Below are positions 50,448-59,685 of a DNA stretch of 64,000 nt, piece after piece; position 1 is the stretch's first letter; each line of letters starts with the position of its first letter. Under the pieces are notes generated by a model. That model saw nothing but the letters and a program-made list of their open reading frames with translations, had not been told where the DNA came from and did no database searches. The DNA comes from Turneriella sp. (GTDB lineage: Bacteria > Spirochaetota > Leptospiria > Turneriellales > Turneriellaceae). Location of the stretch: positions 2,208,001 through 2,272,000 of the forward strand of contig CBDIID010000003.1 in the NCBI GenBank assembly GCA_965279515.1. The letters run 5' to 3'. A program made the position numbers and the translations under genes.

Positions 50448-53400
50448 CTACCTCTTCTTCTTACGTTTCTTCCACTTCGACTTACCTTCGTTGGCGCCCT
50501 CGTAGACCAGCCGCGGCGGTGCCGCCGATTCCGCTGCATCTTTCGCCGCAAAATAGTCGATCGGCGATCCACCACCCGAAGACCCGGTCGATGGCGTCTT
50601 CTTTTCATCTCTGACGACGAGCAGGTAGAGGCAGGGCAGCACGGTAAGCACCAAGAGCATTGCCGAAGCGAGACCACCGACGATGACCGTTGCCAGCGGG
50701 CGCTGCACGTCTGAACCCACACCGTGGGCCAGCGTCGCGGGGATTAACCCCAGAAGCGCCAGGAGAATCGTCATCAGCATCGGCCGCAGCTGCACCTGCG
50801 CGGCTTTTTCGACCGCTTCAAACGTGCTCATGGTCAGGTTATTCGCGAGAATATGGTTCGTGCGCGAGACGAAGAGAACCCCCGACATCGTCGCAATACC
50901 GAACAGCGAGATAAACCCCACACCCGATGACACATTGAAATAATAATCGCGCATCACGAGGGCCATCATACCACCCACAAGCGAGAGAGGTATACAGGCC
51001 AAAGCAACCAGGACGAAACGGATATTTTTGAACAGCCCATAGAGCAGGCCGAAAATGATGAGGATCGTCGCCGGTATCGCAATCGCCAGCTGCTTACCCA
51101 CACGCGCAAGGTTTTCATAGTTACCACCATACTGCAGCGTATAGCCCTCGGGCATTTTTATCTGCGCATCGACCTTTTTTTGCAGCTCGGCGACAAAGGA
51201 GCCCTGGTCACGGCCGCGAATATTCGCACGTACTGTAATAGCGCGCTTGCCCTCTTGCCTGAAGATCATCGTCGGTCCATCGACAATGTCAATGTCGGCC
51301 AGCTGCGCCAGCGGAATACGTTCGCCAAGCGGTGAGAAAACCGGCAATGACTTCAACGCTTTGATGCTTTTTCTGTATTCATATGGAAAACGCACCACGA
51401 TACCGAAACGCCACGGGCCTTCGTACAGGGTGGATATCCTCTGCGCACCAATACCTTTCTCGATGAGGCTTTGAATGGTACTGACGTTGATGGCATAACG
51501 CGCGGCGACCTCGCGCTTGATCTTAATCGTCAGCTGCGGCGAATCGGCTTCCTGCTCGAGGCCGAATTCCGAGGCACCCTGGATCTTACGCATGATTTCC
51601 AGAATCTCGCTCGCTTTTTGCCGCGCGATCTTCAGGTCGGGACCGTAGACGAATACGGCCATATCGGCAATCGTACCCATGATCGCTTCGGACATGTTGT
51701 CCATAATCGGCTGCGAGAAACTCCAGCGGATCGACGGGAACTCGTGTTCGACATCTTTGATGATGCGGATCAACAAATCGTCCTTAGTAATTTTTTCATC
51801 CCATTTGCTATAGTCATGGAGTGCCATCGTGATTTCGAGACGGTTGGGCGGCAGCGGGTCAGTGCCCGAATCGTTGCGGCCGAGCTGCGCCACGGCATTC
51901 GCAATCATGGTGTTCTTTGCCAGTACCTCCTGGATTTTCGGCAACATCTTATTTGCAGACTGCAACGAAACACCAACCGGGAAATATCCCCTGAGCGTCA
52001 GGTTGCCCTCGTCGAGTTCGGGTAAAAATTCAGAACCGATGCGCATCCCGCCGAAAGTAATTAAGGCCAGCACGACACCAAAGGAAATATAGACGACCTT
52101 TTTATAACGTGCGAGCAAAAAACGCATGAGCTTGTCATAACGTACTTCGACCCAGGCATAGACCGGGTTATGCCATTCGATTTTTTCGTTCGAATCGGAT
52201 TCCCAGTATTTTTTGTAGATCATCGACATGAGGACAGGCATGATCGTCATCGCAAAGAGCAGAGACCCCAGAATGGCGTATGAAATCGTGAACGCCATCG
52301 GCTTGAACAGTCGGCCCTCGACGCGTTGGAATGAAAAGATCGGGATATAGGCCAGAATGATGATGAGAATCGAGAACACAATCTCCATCCCCACTTCTTT
52401 ACTGCTATTGAGCGTGTACTGGTTGATGTTCTGGCTGCGGCTAGCGCTTTTATCGCGGTAGCTGCGCATGATGTTCTCGGCCATGATCACGACACCATCG
52501 ACAATGATACCGAAATCGATAGCCCCCAGCGACAACAGGTTCGCCGACAAGCCGGTCATGCGCATGAGAATAAAGGCAAAGAGCAGCGAAAACGGAATCG
52601 TCAATACCACGACCATCGCCGTGCGCACTGAGCCGATAAAAAAGATCAGAATCAGGGTTACGACCGTCACGCCTTCGATCAACGTTGTACCGATCGTGCG
52701 CAGTGTATAGTTGACGAGGTCGGCCCTGTCGATCATGGGCTTCACCTGCATGCCGTCGGGCATATACTGTTCGTTAATTTCTTTCGTTTTAGCGCGCAGG
52801 TTGTCCCCGGTCGTATTGGGGTCGCACCAGCGCCGCATCGCGGTGTTTCCCTGGACGCCCGATGGAACCTTAAAGAGCGCCTCGCCCGCTGATTTATCCT
52901 GCGTAAAATAATTGATGATACCCTGTGGAATCAGCGGCGAAACTTCGACCGAGGCGAGATCCTTAACGAAAACCGGCACGCCCTTATCGACCTTGACGAC
53001 AATATTCTCAATATCTTTGATCGTGCGGATAGCCCCCAGTGAGCGAATAGCAAACCCCTGGTCCCCCTGGCGCAGAATGTTACCGCCGGTGTTCAGGTTA
53101 TTTTTCTGGATGGCTTCGACAACTTCATCGAGATTCGTGTTATACTGAACGAGCTTTTCCGGCGTCGTGATCGCATGGTACTGTTTCGCAACGCCGCCAA
53201 AGGTTACGACGTCGGCAACGCAGGGAACGCTGAGCAGTTTCGGCATCACAATCCAGTCCTGCACGGTACGCACTTCCATCGGCGTGTGATTTTTTTTCGA
53301 TTCGACTATATAGCGGAAAATTTCGCCTGAAGGTGAACTCATGGGCGCAAGTTCGGGCACGACCTCTGGCGGAATCTCCGCCTCTTTCACCTTTTCCATC

Positions 53401-53738
53401 AGCCTGATGCGGGCAAAATAGTCGTCTGTACCTTCCTCAAAGACAAACTGAAAAGTGACGAGGCCGTTGATCGTGCGCGAACGGCGTACGCGCACCTGTG
53501 GTGTATTGTTCGTCACGCGCTCGATGGGCAATGTGACGCGCTCTTCGACTTCAACGGCGGCCCGCCCGGGAAAAGCGGCAACGAGACGCACCTGCGTATC
53601 GGCGATGTCCGAGTAGGCTTCTTTCTGAATGCCGACCCACGACCAGATACCGAGCGCGATAATGAGACCAGCCAGTCCCAGGGTCGGCAGTTTGTTTTTT
53701 AGGGCGAACTCGACCGCCCGGAAAATTATTTTATCCAT
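50448..53738 (-). CDS. CzcA/CusA-family heavy-metal efflux RND permease (copy 1)
   Basis: Same HME-RND motifs; directly downstream of the adaptor gene. Confidence 0.95.
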   Translation of the reverse strand: MDKIIFRAVEFALKNKLPTLGLAGLIIALGIWSWVGIQKEAYSDIADTQVRLVAAFPGRAAVEVEERVTLPIERVTNNTPQVRVRRSRTINGLVTFQFVFEEGTDDYFARIRLMEKVKEAEIPPEVVPELAPMSSPSGEIFRYIVESKKNHTPMEVRTVQDWIVMPKLLSVPCVADVVTFGGVAKQYHAITTPEKLVQYNTNLDEVVEAIQKNNLNTGGNILRQGDQGFAIRSLGAIRTIKDIENIVVKVDKGVPVFVKDLASVEVSPLIPQGIINYFTQDKSAGEALFKVPSGVQGNTAMRRWCDPNTTGDNLRAKTKEINEQYMPDGMQVKPMIDRADLVNYTLRTIGTTLIEGVTVVTLILIFFIGSVRTAMVVVLTIPFSLLFAFILMRMTGLSANLLSLGAIDFGIIVDGVVIMAENIMRSYRDKSASRSQNINQYTLNSSKEVGMEIVFSILIIILAYIPIFSFQRVEGRLFKPMAFTISYAILGSLLFAMTIMPVLMSMIYKKYWESDSNEKIEWHNPVYAWVEVRYDKLMRFLLARYKKVVYISFGVVLALITFGGMRIGSEFLPELDEGNLTLRGYFPVGVSLQSANKMLPKIQEVLAKNTMIANAVAQLGRNDSGTDPLPPNRLEITMALHDYSKWDEKITKDDLLIRIIKDVEHEFPSIRWSFSQPIMDNMSEAIMGTIADMAVFVYGPDLKIARQKASEILEIMRKIQGASEFGLEQEADSPQLTIKIKREVAARYAINVSTIQSLIEKGIGAQRISTLYEGPWRFGIVVRFPYEYRKSIKALKSLPVFSPLGERIPLAQLADIDIVDGPTMIFRQEGKRAITVRANIRGRDQGSFVAELQKKVDAQIKMPEGYTLQYGGNYENLARVGKQLAIAIPATILIIFGLLYGLFKNIRFVLVALACIPLSLVGGMMALVMRDYYFNVSSGVGFISLFGIATMSGVLFVSRTNHILANNLTMSTFEAVEKAAQVQLRPMLMTILLALLGLIPATLAHGVGSDVQRPLATVIVGGLASAMLLVLTVLPCLYLLVVRDEKKTPSTGSSGGGSPIDYFAAKDAAESAAPPRLVYEGANEGKSKWKKRKKKR

Positions 53739-53741
53739 AGT

Positions 53742-54701
53742 TTAGAAACCGACGGATAAGCCCTTGAGCAGCATGACGCCTTCCGTCACGACCGTATCGC
53801 CCTTCTTCAGCCCTTGCAGAATCTCGACGTATTCGTCGTTGGAGTTTCCAATCACGACGGTTTTTTTCCGGAACGTATCTTTCGCTTCTTCGACAAAAAC
53901 ATAGTTTTGACTTTCGACGGTAAAAATCGAAGTGAAGGGTAGCACCATAGGTGCTTTTTGGTCGTCGATGAATTCGACCTTGGCGAACATGCCGGGTTTG
54001 AACTTGCCATTTTCATTCGGGAAAATCACACGCACTTTTACAGTCCGCGTCGCCGGGTCGACGTTGTCACCCACGGCCTGCACCTTTCCTTTCATTTTCT
54101 TATCGGGGAAAGAATTGAAAATAATGTTCACGGCTTTACCGGCGCGGCAGGTGTCTAACCTGCTTTCGCTGATGTCAGCAATCATCCAGACGATGTTCGA
54201 GCCATAGTTGTTGAGGTCAGAGGGATTCACCCCTGCGGCGCGCAGCTTACCTTCCGATTCGGCGACCTGGGCCCCCGAGTTGCCGGCTTCGGTCTCGGCC
54301 TCGATGATGTCACGCTCGGTGGCAACCTGCATCGAGTACATGTCTTTCACGCGTTTGAGATTTTTCGAAGCACGCGAAGAGGCGTTGCGCGCCTGGCGGT
54401 ACGTGGCATACGCCGTGTTGAGATCGGCAGATTCGAAGAGCACGATTTTGCCCCCACTCGAAACCGAACGGCCGACGGTTGCAACCACGCGCGCCGGCGC
54501 CTGAATCTGTATGAATTCCTTGCCGCTGCCGAAGGGCCGCGTTTCAATGCGGGCACGCCCTTGGGCGCCTTCCGGGAAAAAGATCACTTCTCCCTTCTCG
54601 CGGATTTCAGGCGCCACATAGACCGTCGGCGGCTTTGCTTTCGGCCCGCAGGCAACAAGAACCAGACTCAAAAATACAGAATAAGACAGTATCGTCTTCA
54701 T
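53742..54701 (-). CDS. CzcB-like periplasmic adaptor (lipoprotein)
   Basis: AAGGAG SD; lipobox LVAC; VDPATRTVKVR, KPGMFAKV. Confidence 0.9.
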   Translation of the reverse strand: MKTILSYSVFLSLVLVACGPKAKPPTVYVAPEIREKGEVIFFPEGAQGRARIETRPFGSGKEFIQIQAPARVVATVGRSVSSGGKIVLFESADLNTAYATYRQARNASSRASKNLKRVKDMYSMQVATERDIIEAETEAGNSGAQVAESEGKLRAAGVNPSDLNNYGSNIVWMIADISESRLDTCRAGKAVNIIFNSFPDKKMKGKVQAVGDNVDPATRTVKVRVIFPNENGKFKPGMFAKVEFIDDQKAPMVLPFTSIFTVESQNYVFVEEAKDTFRKKTVVIGNSNDEYVEILQGLKKGDTVVTEGVMLLKGLSVGF

Positions 54702-54748
54702 TTTATTCTCCTTAATAGAAGTATGTTTTTTCATGATTATTCCTTTGT

Positions 54749-55312
54749 TTAACGTGGAAAAGTGAACAGGTAGCCGGCCTGAAAAATCAAGACCGGGTTC
54801 TTCATTTCATCCGACATGGCACGCCCCACCCCGCCCTGGAAGAAAAATCCGTCCATGAACAGTTCATAGGCGCCACCGATGTAACCGCTGGCCTGCGAGA
54901 CGCCGGTCTTGTCGTCAGGCAATGCCGGATCGAGCGCAAACAGCGGGTTGCGCTTCATATAGCCCCCGACAAAAGACAGGCTGTGGCGGATGCGATCGCC
55001 GTTAAACAGCGAGAAACCGACATCACCCTGAAAGCCCATAAAATTGCTGCCGTAAAACATGCCCGATCCCCTGAGGATAAAGCGCCACAGATGAAGCTGC
55101 GCATGCACATTGAGCCCCGAAGGCAAGCCAACGGTCGGCCCGATGGCAAAAAACGAATTTGTCAGCAGGTTACGGTCGATGGCCTCGTCGGCGTCTTTAT
55201 ACGCTTGGGCGAATTTATCCGTCTTCGCTTCGCTGTCCTTTGCCTGGGCAAACAGCACTCCGCCTGACAAAAATGCGCAAACCAACAATATACCAGGTTT
55301 GAAAGTTCTCAT
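54749..55312 (-). CDS. Small exported beta-strand-rich protein (possible 8-stranded OM barrel)
   Basis: GAGG SD, signal peptide, C-terminal FQAGYLF; lies inside the czc operon. Confidence 0.65.
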   Translation of the reverse strand: MRTFKPGILLVCAFLSGGVLFAQAKDSEAKTDKFAQAYKDADEAIDRNLLTNSFFAIGPTVGLPSGLNVHAQLHLWRFILRGSGMFYGSNFMGFQGDVGFSLFNGDRIRHSLSFVGGYMKRNPLFALDPALPDDKTGVSQASGYIGGAYELFMDGFFFQGGVGRAMSDEMKNPVLIFQAGYLFTFPR

Positions 55313-55313
55313 A

Positions 55314-56759
55314 TTATTTCACCTCCGCGGCATTGTTGTTCGCCGGTACGGTTTGCAGGAAGATGATGTCTTTCCCGATCGAGTAGTTGATGTTCTCGAG
55401 GGCTTCGGTGCGCTGCGTTTTAAGGTCGATCAGCTGCACGATGCTGTTGCGGTAAGTCTCAAAGAAGTCTGCAAGTTCGATGACGGAGATATAACGTTTC
55501 TGGTAACTCGCCACCATCACCTGGATCAACTCGCGGAAATCCTGGACATGGCCGCCCTTGAATTCCTGGTAAATCTTGTCTTTTTCTTTCGCCTTAATCA
55601 GCGAAGCCGCGAGCTCACCTTCGAGCCTCATACGTTCGTTCATGAGCTCGCGTTTTTTTGCTGCGATCGCCTTCTTGGCCGATTCGATATTCCCCTGGTT
55701 GCGGTCGAAGAGCGGCACATTCACCTGCGCAGTGAGACCGAAGTAGTTGGGCTGATACGTGTTTGCGCGGTTAAAAACCGGCCCAAATGCCAGGTCGGGA
55801 ATCGCATTCGCCTCTTGCAGTTCGAGGTTCGCTGTCTCGTACTTGAGGTTCAGCATCGCGGTTTTGAGATCGGGCCTATGCGTCTCCGCATACTCAACGA
55901 GTTGCTTTATCTCGAGGCTGTTTGCAGCCGCATTCTCGAGCAATTTTTCGTCGACGAGCGGCACCAGTTGGTGCTCGGCAAGTTCAGGCCGGTTCATCAG
56001 CACGCGTAAATTCACTTCTTTCAGGCGCACATTCATCATGATGTTCGCGCGCTCATTGCGCAGAAAATAACTTAGCGCCTTGAGACGCAGGTACTCCGCT
56101 TTAGTGATCGCGCGGCGAGACAATGCCACTTCGGCGCCCTTCACAGTTCTGCCGAGAGCTTCGATCGTCTGGTCATAATACATGACGCTCTCGCGCATAT
56201 AATGGAGGGCGAAAAAAGTATTGCGCAGTTCAAACTTCAGCGCGCGTAAAACATTAAAGAACTCATTTTCCGTCAGCGCCTTGTTGATTTCCGCAACCTT
56301 GATCCGCTTATCGATCTTGCCGCCCATGAGAAAGAGCTGCTGTATCTGGATTACCTGGCTGCCGTTTTCGGTAGCATCGAGAAATTGCGCCGTCTTATGG
56401 CTGTAAATGCTGGTTTCGAGAAACACGCTGGGGTTTGCATAAAGCCCCGCCTGCATGACAAGCGCGCGTTTCGCCTCGATCTGAAATTTTGCCGCAAGGA
56501 GCAGCAGGTTTCTTTCGACGAATGATCGTTCGGCTTCTTCCAGCGAAAGTCTATAGACTTTCAGATCACTCGCCGCGAGCGTCGGCGAAGTGATTGGGTT
56601 CGCAACGATAGGCTCCGGTGTCTGCGACGCCGGTTTGGTCGCGGACACAGGCTCGGCGGACTTAATGAGCTCCGCCTCTTGTTTTTCCGGAATATCGCCA
56701 GCCTGCGCATACAGCGATGCAACCAAAACAAGAAAAAAAGATATAGATACTTTAAACAC
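55314..56759 (-). CDS. CzcC/TolC-family outer membrane efflux protein
   Basis: GGAGG SD; LSLEEAE, AGLYANPS, RPDLK, IPDL, VPLFDRNQGNI. Confidence 0.93.
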   Translation of the reverse strand: MFKVSISFFLVLVASLYAQAGDIPEKQEAELIKSAEPVSATKPASQTPEPIVANPITSPTLAASDLKVYRLSLEEAERSFVERNLLLLAAKFQIEAKRALVMQAGLYANPSVFLETSIYSHKTAQFLDATENGSQVIQIQQLFLMGGKIDKRIKVAEINKALTENEFFNVLRALKFELRNTFFALHYMRESVMYYDQTIEALGRTVKGAEVALSRRAITKAEYLRLKALSYFLRNERANIMMNVRLKEVNLRVLMNRPELAEHQLVPLVDEKLLENAAANSLEIKQLVEYAETHRPDLKTAMLNLKYETANLELQEANAIPDLAFGPVFNRANTYQPNYFGLTAQVNVPLFDRNQGNIESAKKAIAAKKRELMNERMRLEGELAASLIKAKEKDKIYQEFKGGHVQDFRELIQVMVASYQKRYISVIELADFFETYRNSIVQLIDLKTQRTEALENINYSIGKDIIFLQTVPANNNAAEVK

Positions 56760-56799
56760 ATTCCCTCCACGCCTGCCTGAGCCGGCGAATCTTTATCGT

Positions 56800-57231
56800 T
56801 TATGCGAGAGAGAGGGCAGGTGGAGGTATTGGGTAGCGGGAATTAAGGTGCGTATGCGCAAGTGAAATAAGATTAGCGTTCAGGCAGGCATCACCCAGAA
56901 GCAGCAGCGGTTTGTTGAGTTTCTGGGCTGCGAAGGCCATGGGAAAGAGTTCCCACAGGGAAGATCCGGATGTATTGTGACGAGGCGGAGTGAAGCGGTT
57001 GTTACCCTGTTCGATCCGTTGGATTTCTTCGGGTGAAGATTCACGGATACCCTGCGCCGGTGACGTAAAGTCACGCGCAGCATGCAACTCAAGCGTACTG
57101 ATGTGCAGCGCTGAGCTTTTCACAACTTTGGGTGACAGGTCTTGCGTTGCAATGCTGAAGCTGCAAAGCACCAGAACTGATGCGATCAGTACAGAGAAAA
57201 CGCTTCTTGGTGCCGAGACAGATACGTTCAT
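56800..57231 (-). CDS. Putative arrest-type leader protein ending in SRYPIPPP upstream of czcC
   Basis: N-terminal hydrophobic segment; ELHAA-x8-GIRES; C-terminal SRYPIPPPALSLA; alternative TTG start at 57246. Confidence 0.72.
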   Translation of the reverse strand: MNVSVSAPRSVFSVLIASVLVLCSFSIATQDLSPKVVKSSALHISTLELHAARDFTSPAQGIRESSPEEIQRIEQGNNRFTPPRHNTSGSSLWELFPMAFAAQKLNKPLLLLGDACLNANLISLAHTHLNSRYPIPPPALSLA

Positions 57232-57295
57232 AATGCTATCAACCAAATCGAATCCGTCGTTCTTGGTAGATGGCTCAACGGGTCAATGAATATGG

Positions 57296-58084
57296 CTATG
57301 CCTGTCGCCAGGATGGCGTCTTTTTATACAAGAAAGCGCCGACGCCTTCACGGCCTTCATCGCTCATGCGCCGCCGGGCGGCCAGATCGATCAGATGCGC
57401 CGGCAGGTCAGCAGGCCATTTGCCACGGCCAGAATAAATATCCAGCAGGTTTTTGATCTCGGCCTGGGCCCCAGGCGCCCCTCTTTTCAGGTCGGTAATC
57501 ATTGCATTGAGAAACTCAAAACATGCCATCTTTGTACCGACATAATTCACGAGCCCCATTTCCTTGGCATCCCAGAACTGGAAAATCTCACCGGATAGGA
57601 AGAACCTCCTAGCGTTCGTCAGGCCGATGCGCGATACGACATAAGGCGTAATCACGCTGGGGATGAGCCCTAAGGTTACTTCAGCAAAGGCGAAGGTGGA
57701 AGATTCGAATGCGACAGCGATATCGGCGGCGGCCAACAGGCCAATGCCGGCCCCCGAAATATGCCCTTGCGCAATGGCAATGACGGGTATGCCGCAGGTG
57801 GCAATCGAAGTAAGCAGCTCTGAGAGGGGCTTAATGTCTTTTATCTGCTGCTGTTTCGTGAGCCCCGCAGTCTCTTCGATATGTTTCATATCGGCGCCGC
57901 CGCAGAACGATTTGCCTTCGCCGCGCAGCACGATCACCCGGGTCTCGGGGGATTTTGCCGCCCCCTTAAATATGCCTGTCAACTCAGCGATCATCTCTTC
58001 TGTCAAAGAGTTGGCTTTTTCGGGATGATTCAGGCTGACATGCAGAACACCGGCATCAAACTTGGTCAGAATAAATGAGCTCAT
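57296..58084 (-). CDS. Enoyl-CoA hydratase/isomerase (methylglutaconyl-CoA hydratase-like)
   Basis: FCGGAD, GAGIGL, EVTLGLIP, EGREGVGAFL. Confidence 0.9.
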   Translation of the reverse strand: MSSFILTKFDAGVLHVSLNHPEKANSLTEEMIAELTGIFKGAAKSPETRVIVLRGEGKSFCGGADMKHIEETAGLTKQQQIKDIKPLSELLTSIATCGIPVIAIAQGHISGAGIGLLAAADIAVAFESSTFAFAEVTLGLIPSVITPYVVSRIGLTNARRFFLSGEIFQFWDAKEMGLVNYVGTKMACFEFLNAMITDLKRGAPGAQAEIKNLLDIYSGRGKWPADLPAHLIDLAARRRMSDEGREGVGAFLYKKTPSWRQA

Positions 58085-58144
58085 GGAACCTAAAACCCCA
58101 TGCCCCGGAAACGGAAAAGCGGAAAAAAGATCGCAGGCTTTAAG

Positions 58145-59239
58145 CTATAATTTCAGGCTCGCGGCGGCGGTCACAATATGTTCCTGCGGACGAACAGCGT
58201 CGGAAAAACGGTAAATACCATCGGCGGCAAAAAAATTACGGTACTCCAGGCGGAGCACATAGGCCTCCTGCGGCTGAAAATTCAGATTCCAGGTAAATCC
58301 TCCCACCTGAAAACCATTCGCAGTGCCCGTCGCCACCATCACTTGTTTCGGATCGATAAAATATTCGAGGCGGATTGCGGTATTCCACTGCGGATTCAAA
58401 ACATAACGCGCGTACGCGGCGCCGGTGTACCATTGCCGGTACGATTCAAGGCCTGCGGTTTTTTGTACACCCACGTCGCAGGTAAGGGCAAATTGCCACG
58501 AAGCTGAAAGAGAAAACTGCAAAATTAAATTACTGTAAAACCGGTATTGCGGCGTATTGTCGTCGGGCGCGACGTTGCCGGCAAAAGAATTGTGAATAAT
58601 TTTCAATTGCGGTGAGAATTCATAGCTCACCTGCGTGCCTAAACTTTTATCGCGGTTCGTCGGCGTGATGACCTGCCAGCCGTTCAGTATGTGCAGTTGT
58701 AAAATCAGTTTTTGCGTCGCTTCGTAAGTCAGCCGCACACCCGTCGCATAATAAGGCACGTTGTCGAGATTTAAGGCACGCGAATAATTCCAGTTGGTGT
58801 GGGATATCCACGATTCATAACCGATATGGCCGAAAAAGATTCCGGCATCGAGCCAGAGCTTATCAAAAAATTTATAACCGACAAAAGCCTCCTGTAGATT
58901 TCGCGTCGAGAGCTGGTTCGAATATTTTTCCGTGTTCGTTTCGTTCTGGTAGTTTGCATTCACGGAAGTTCCGAACTGTAGCGCGAGGCGGCCACGGATG
59001 TGCTTTTCATCCACCGCCGCTTCAACATGCGCTAGATTGATATTAAATTCGCGGTCGCGGGCAATCTGCGTGAGATATTGCCGGTCACTGCTGGCTGGCC
59101 GGTAGACGCTCGATGCATAATACGTGTCGATGAAAACACCGGGCCTTACCAGGGGTTTTTCCGCCGCTTCGGTAACAGCATAAACGCCCTGTGCGGTTAG
59201 ACACAGGGCTGTCAGAACACATGTTGAAACTTTAGTCAC
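58145..59239 (-). CDS. Outer-membrane beta-barrel porin (BBP2-like)
   Basis: FNINLA, RGRLALQFG, LQEAFVG, HIGYES, NWNYSR, PYYATG, NGWQ. Confidence 0.82.
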   Translation of the reverse strand: MTKVSTCVLTALCLTAQGVYAVTEAAEKPLVRPGVFIDTYYASSVYRPASSDRQYLTQIARDREFNINLAHVEAAVDEKHIRGRLALQFGTSVNANYQNETNTEKYSNQLSTRNLQEAFVGYKFFDKLWLDAGIFFGHIGYESWISHTNWNYSRALNLDNVPYYATGVRLTYEATQKLILQLHILNGWQVITPTNRDKSLGTQVSYEFSPQLKIIHNSFAGNVAPDDNTPQYRFYSNLILQFSLSASWQFALTCDVGVQKTAGLESYRQWYTGAAYARYVLNPQWNTAIRLEYFIDPKQVMVATGTANGFQVGGFTWNLNFQPQEAYVLRLEYRNFFAADGIYRFSDAVRPQEHIVTAAASLKL

Positions 59240-59242
59240 GGG

Positions 59243-59539
59243 CTATTTGCAGAGGCCAGCCGTACCCCAACCCCAATAGTAGATGCCTTGTTTGGGGTGA
59301 TTTACGCGCTTAATATCCATGAGCAGGTAGTTTGCCCCCAGATCTTCCGCTTCTTTTTTAAGCCCTGCGACGACGTCGGCGCGGGGCTTGCCTATCGCAA
59401 TATCACCGACTTTGATTTCGCCGATCACGCGGCAGTTTTCCGGAAGCGCATTCGCATCCTGTACGGTCAGTGGCGCTGCGCCGAGAAATCCCAACGGCAA
59501 TAAAACCGTTAATAGCAGCATTTGTTTAATTTTTTTCAT
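59243..59539 (-). CDS. Small exported protein (DUF4156-like)
   Basis: GGAGG SD, signal peptide, C..IG...LKKEAEDLGANY...C pattern. Confidence 0.62.
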   Translation of the reverse strand: MKKIKQMLLLTVLLPLGFLGAAPLTVQDANALPENCRVIGEIKVGDIAIGKPRADVVAGLKKEAEDLGANYLLMDIKRVNHPKQGIYYWGWGTAGLCK

Positions 59540-59685
59540 TTGATCCTCCCGAATCCTCTGAATTCTGTGCTGAAATTAGCTGTTTTGCGGCGGGGCGCCC
59601 TGAGGGCCTTGTGGTAATAAAATACCGTAAACTACGGAGACGGTTATTTGGCTTGAGAAAGAATCTCTTTGTACTTTAGCCGCAG

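Noticed and set aside
50447..50722. N-terminal extension of ORF 50006..50722
   Set aside because: It overlaps czcA1 in another frame; the TTG at 50446 gives a length matching the paralog.
46572..53738. czcA duplication as an assembly artefact
   Set aside because: The copies differ at many synonymous and non-synonymous sites along their whole length.
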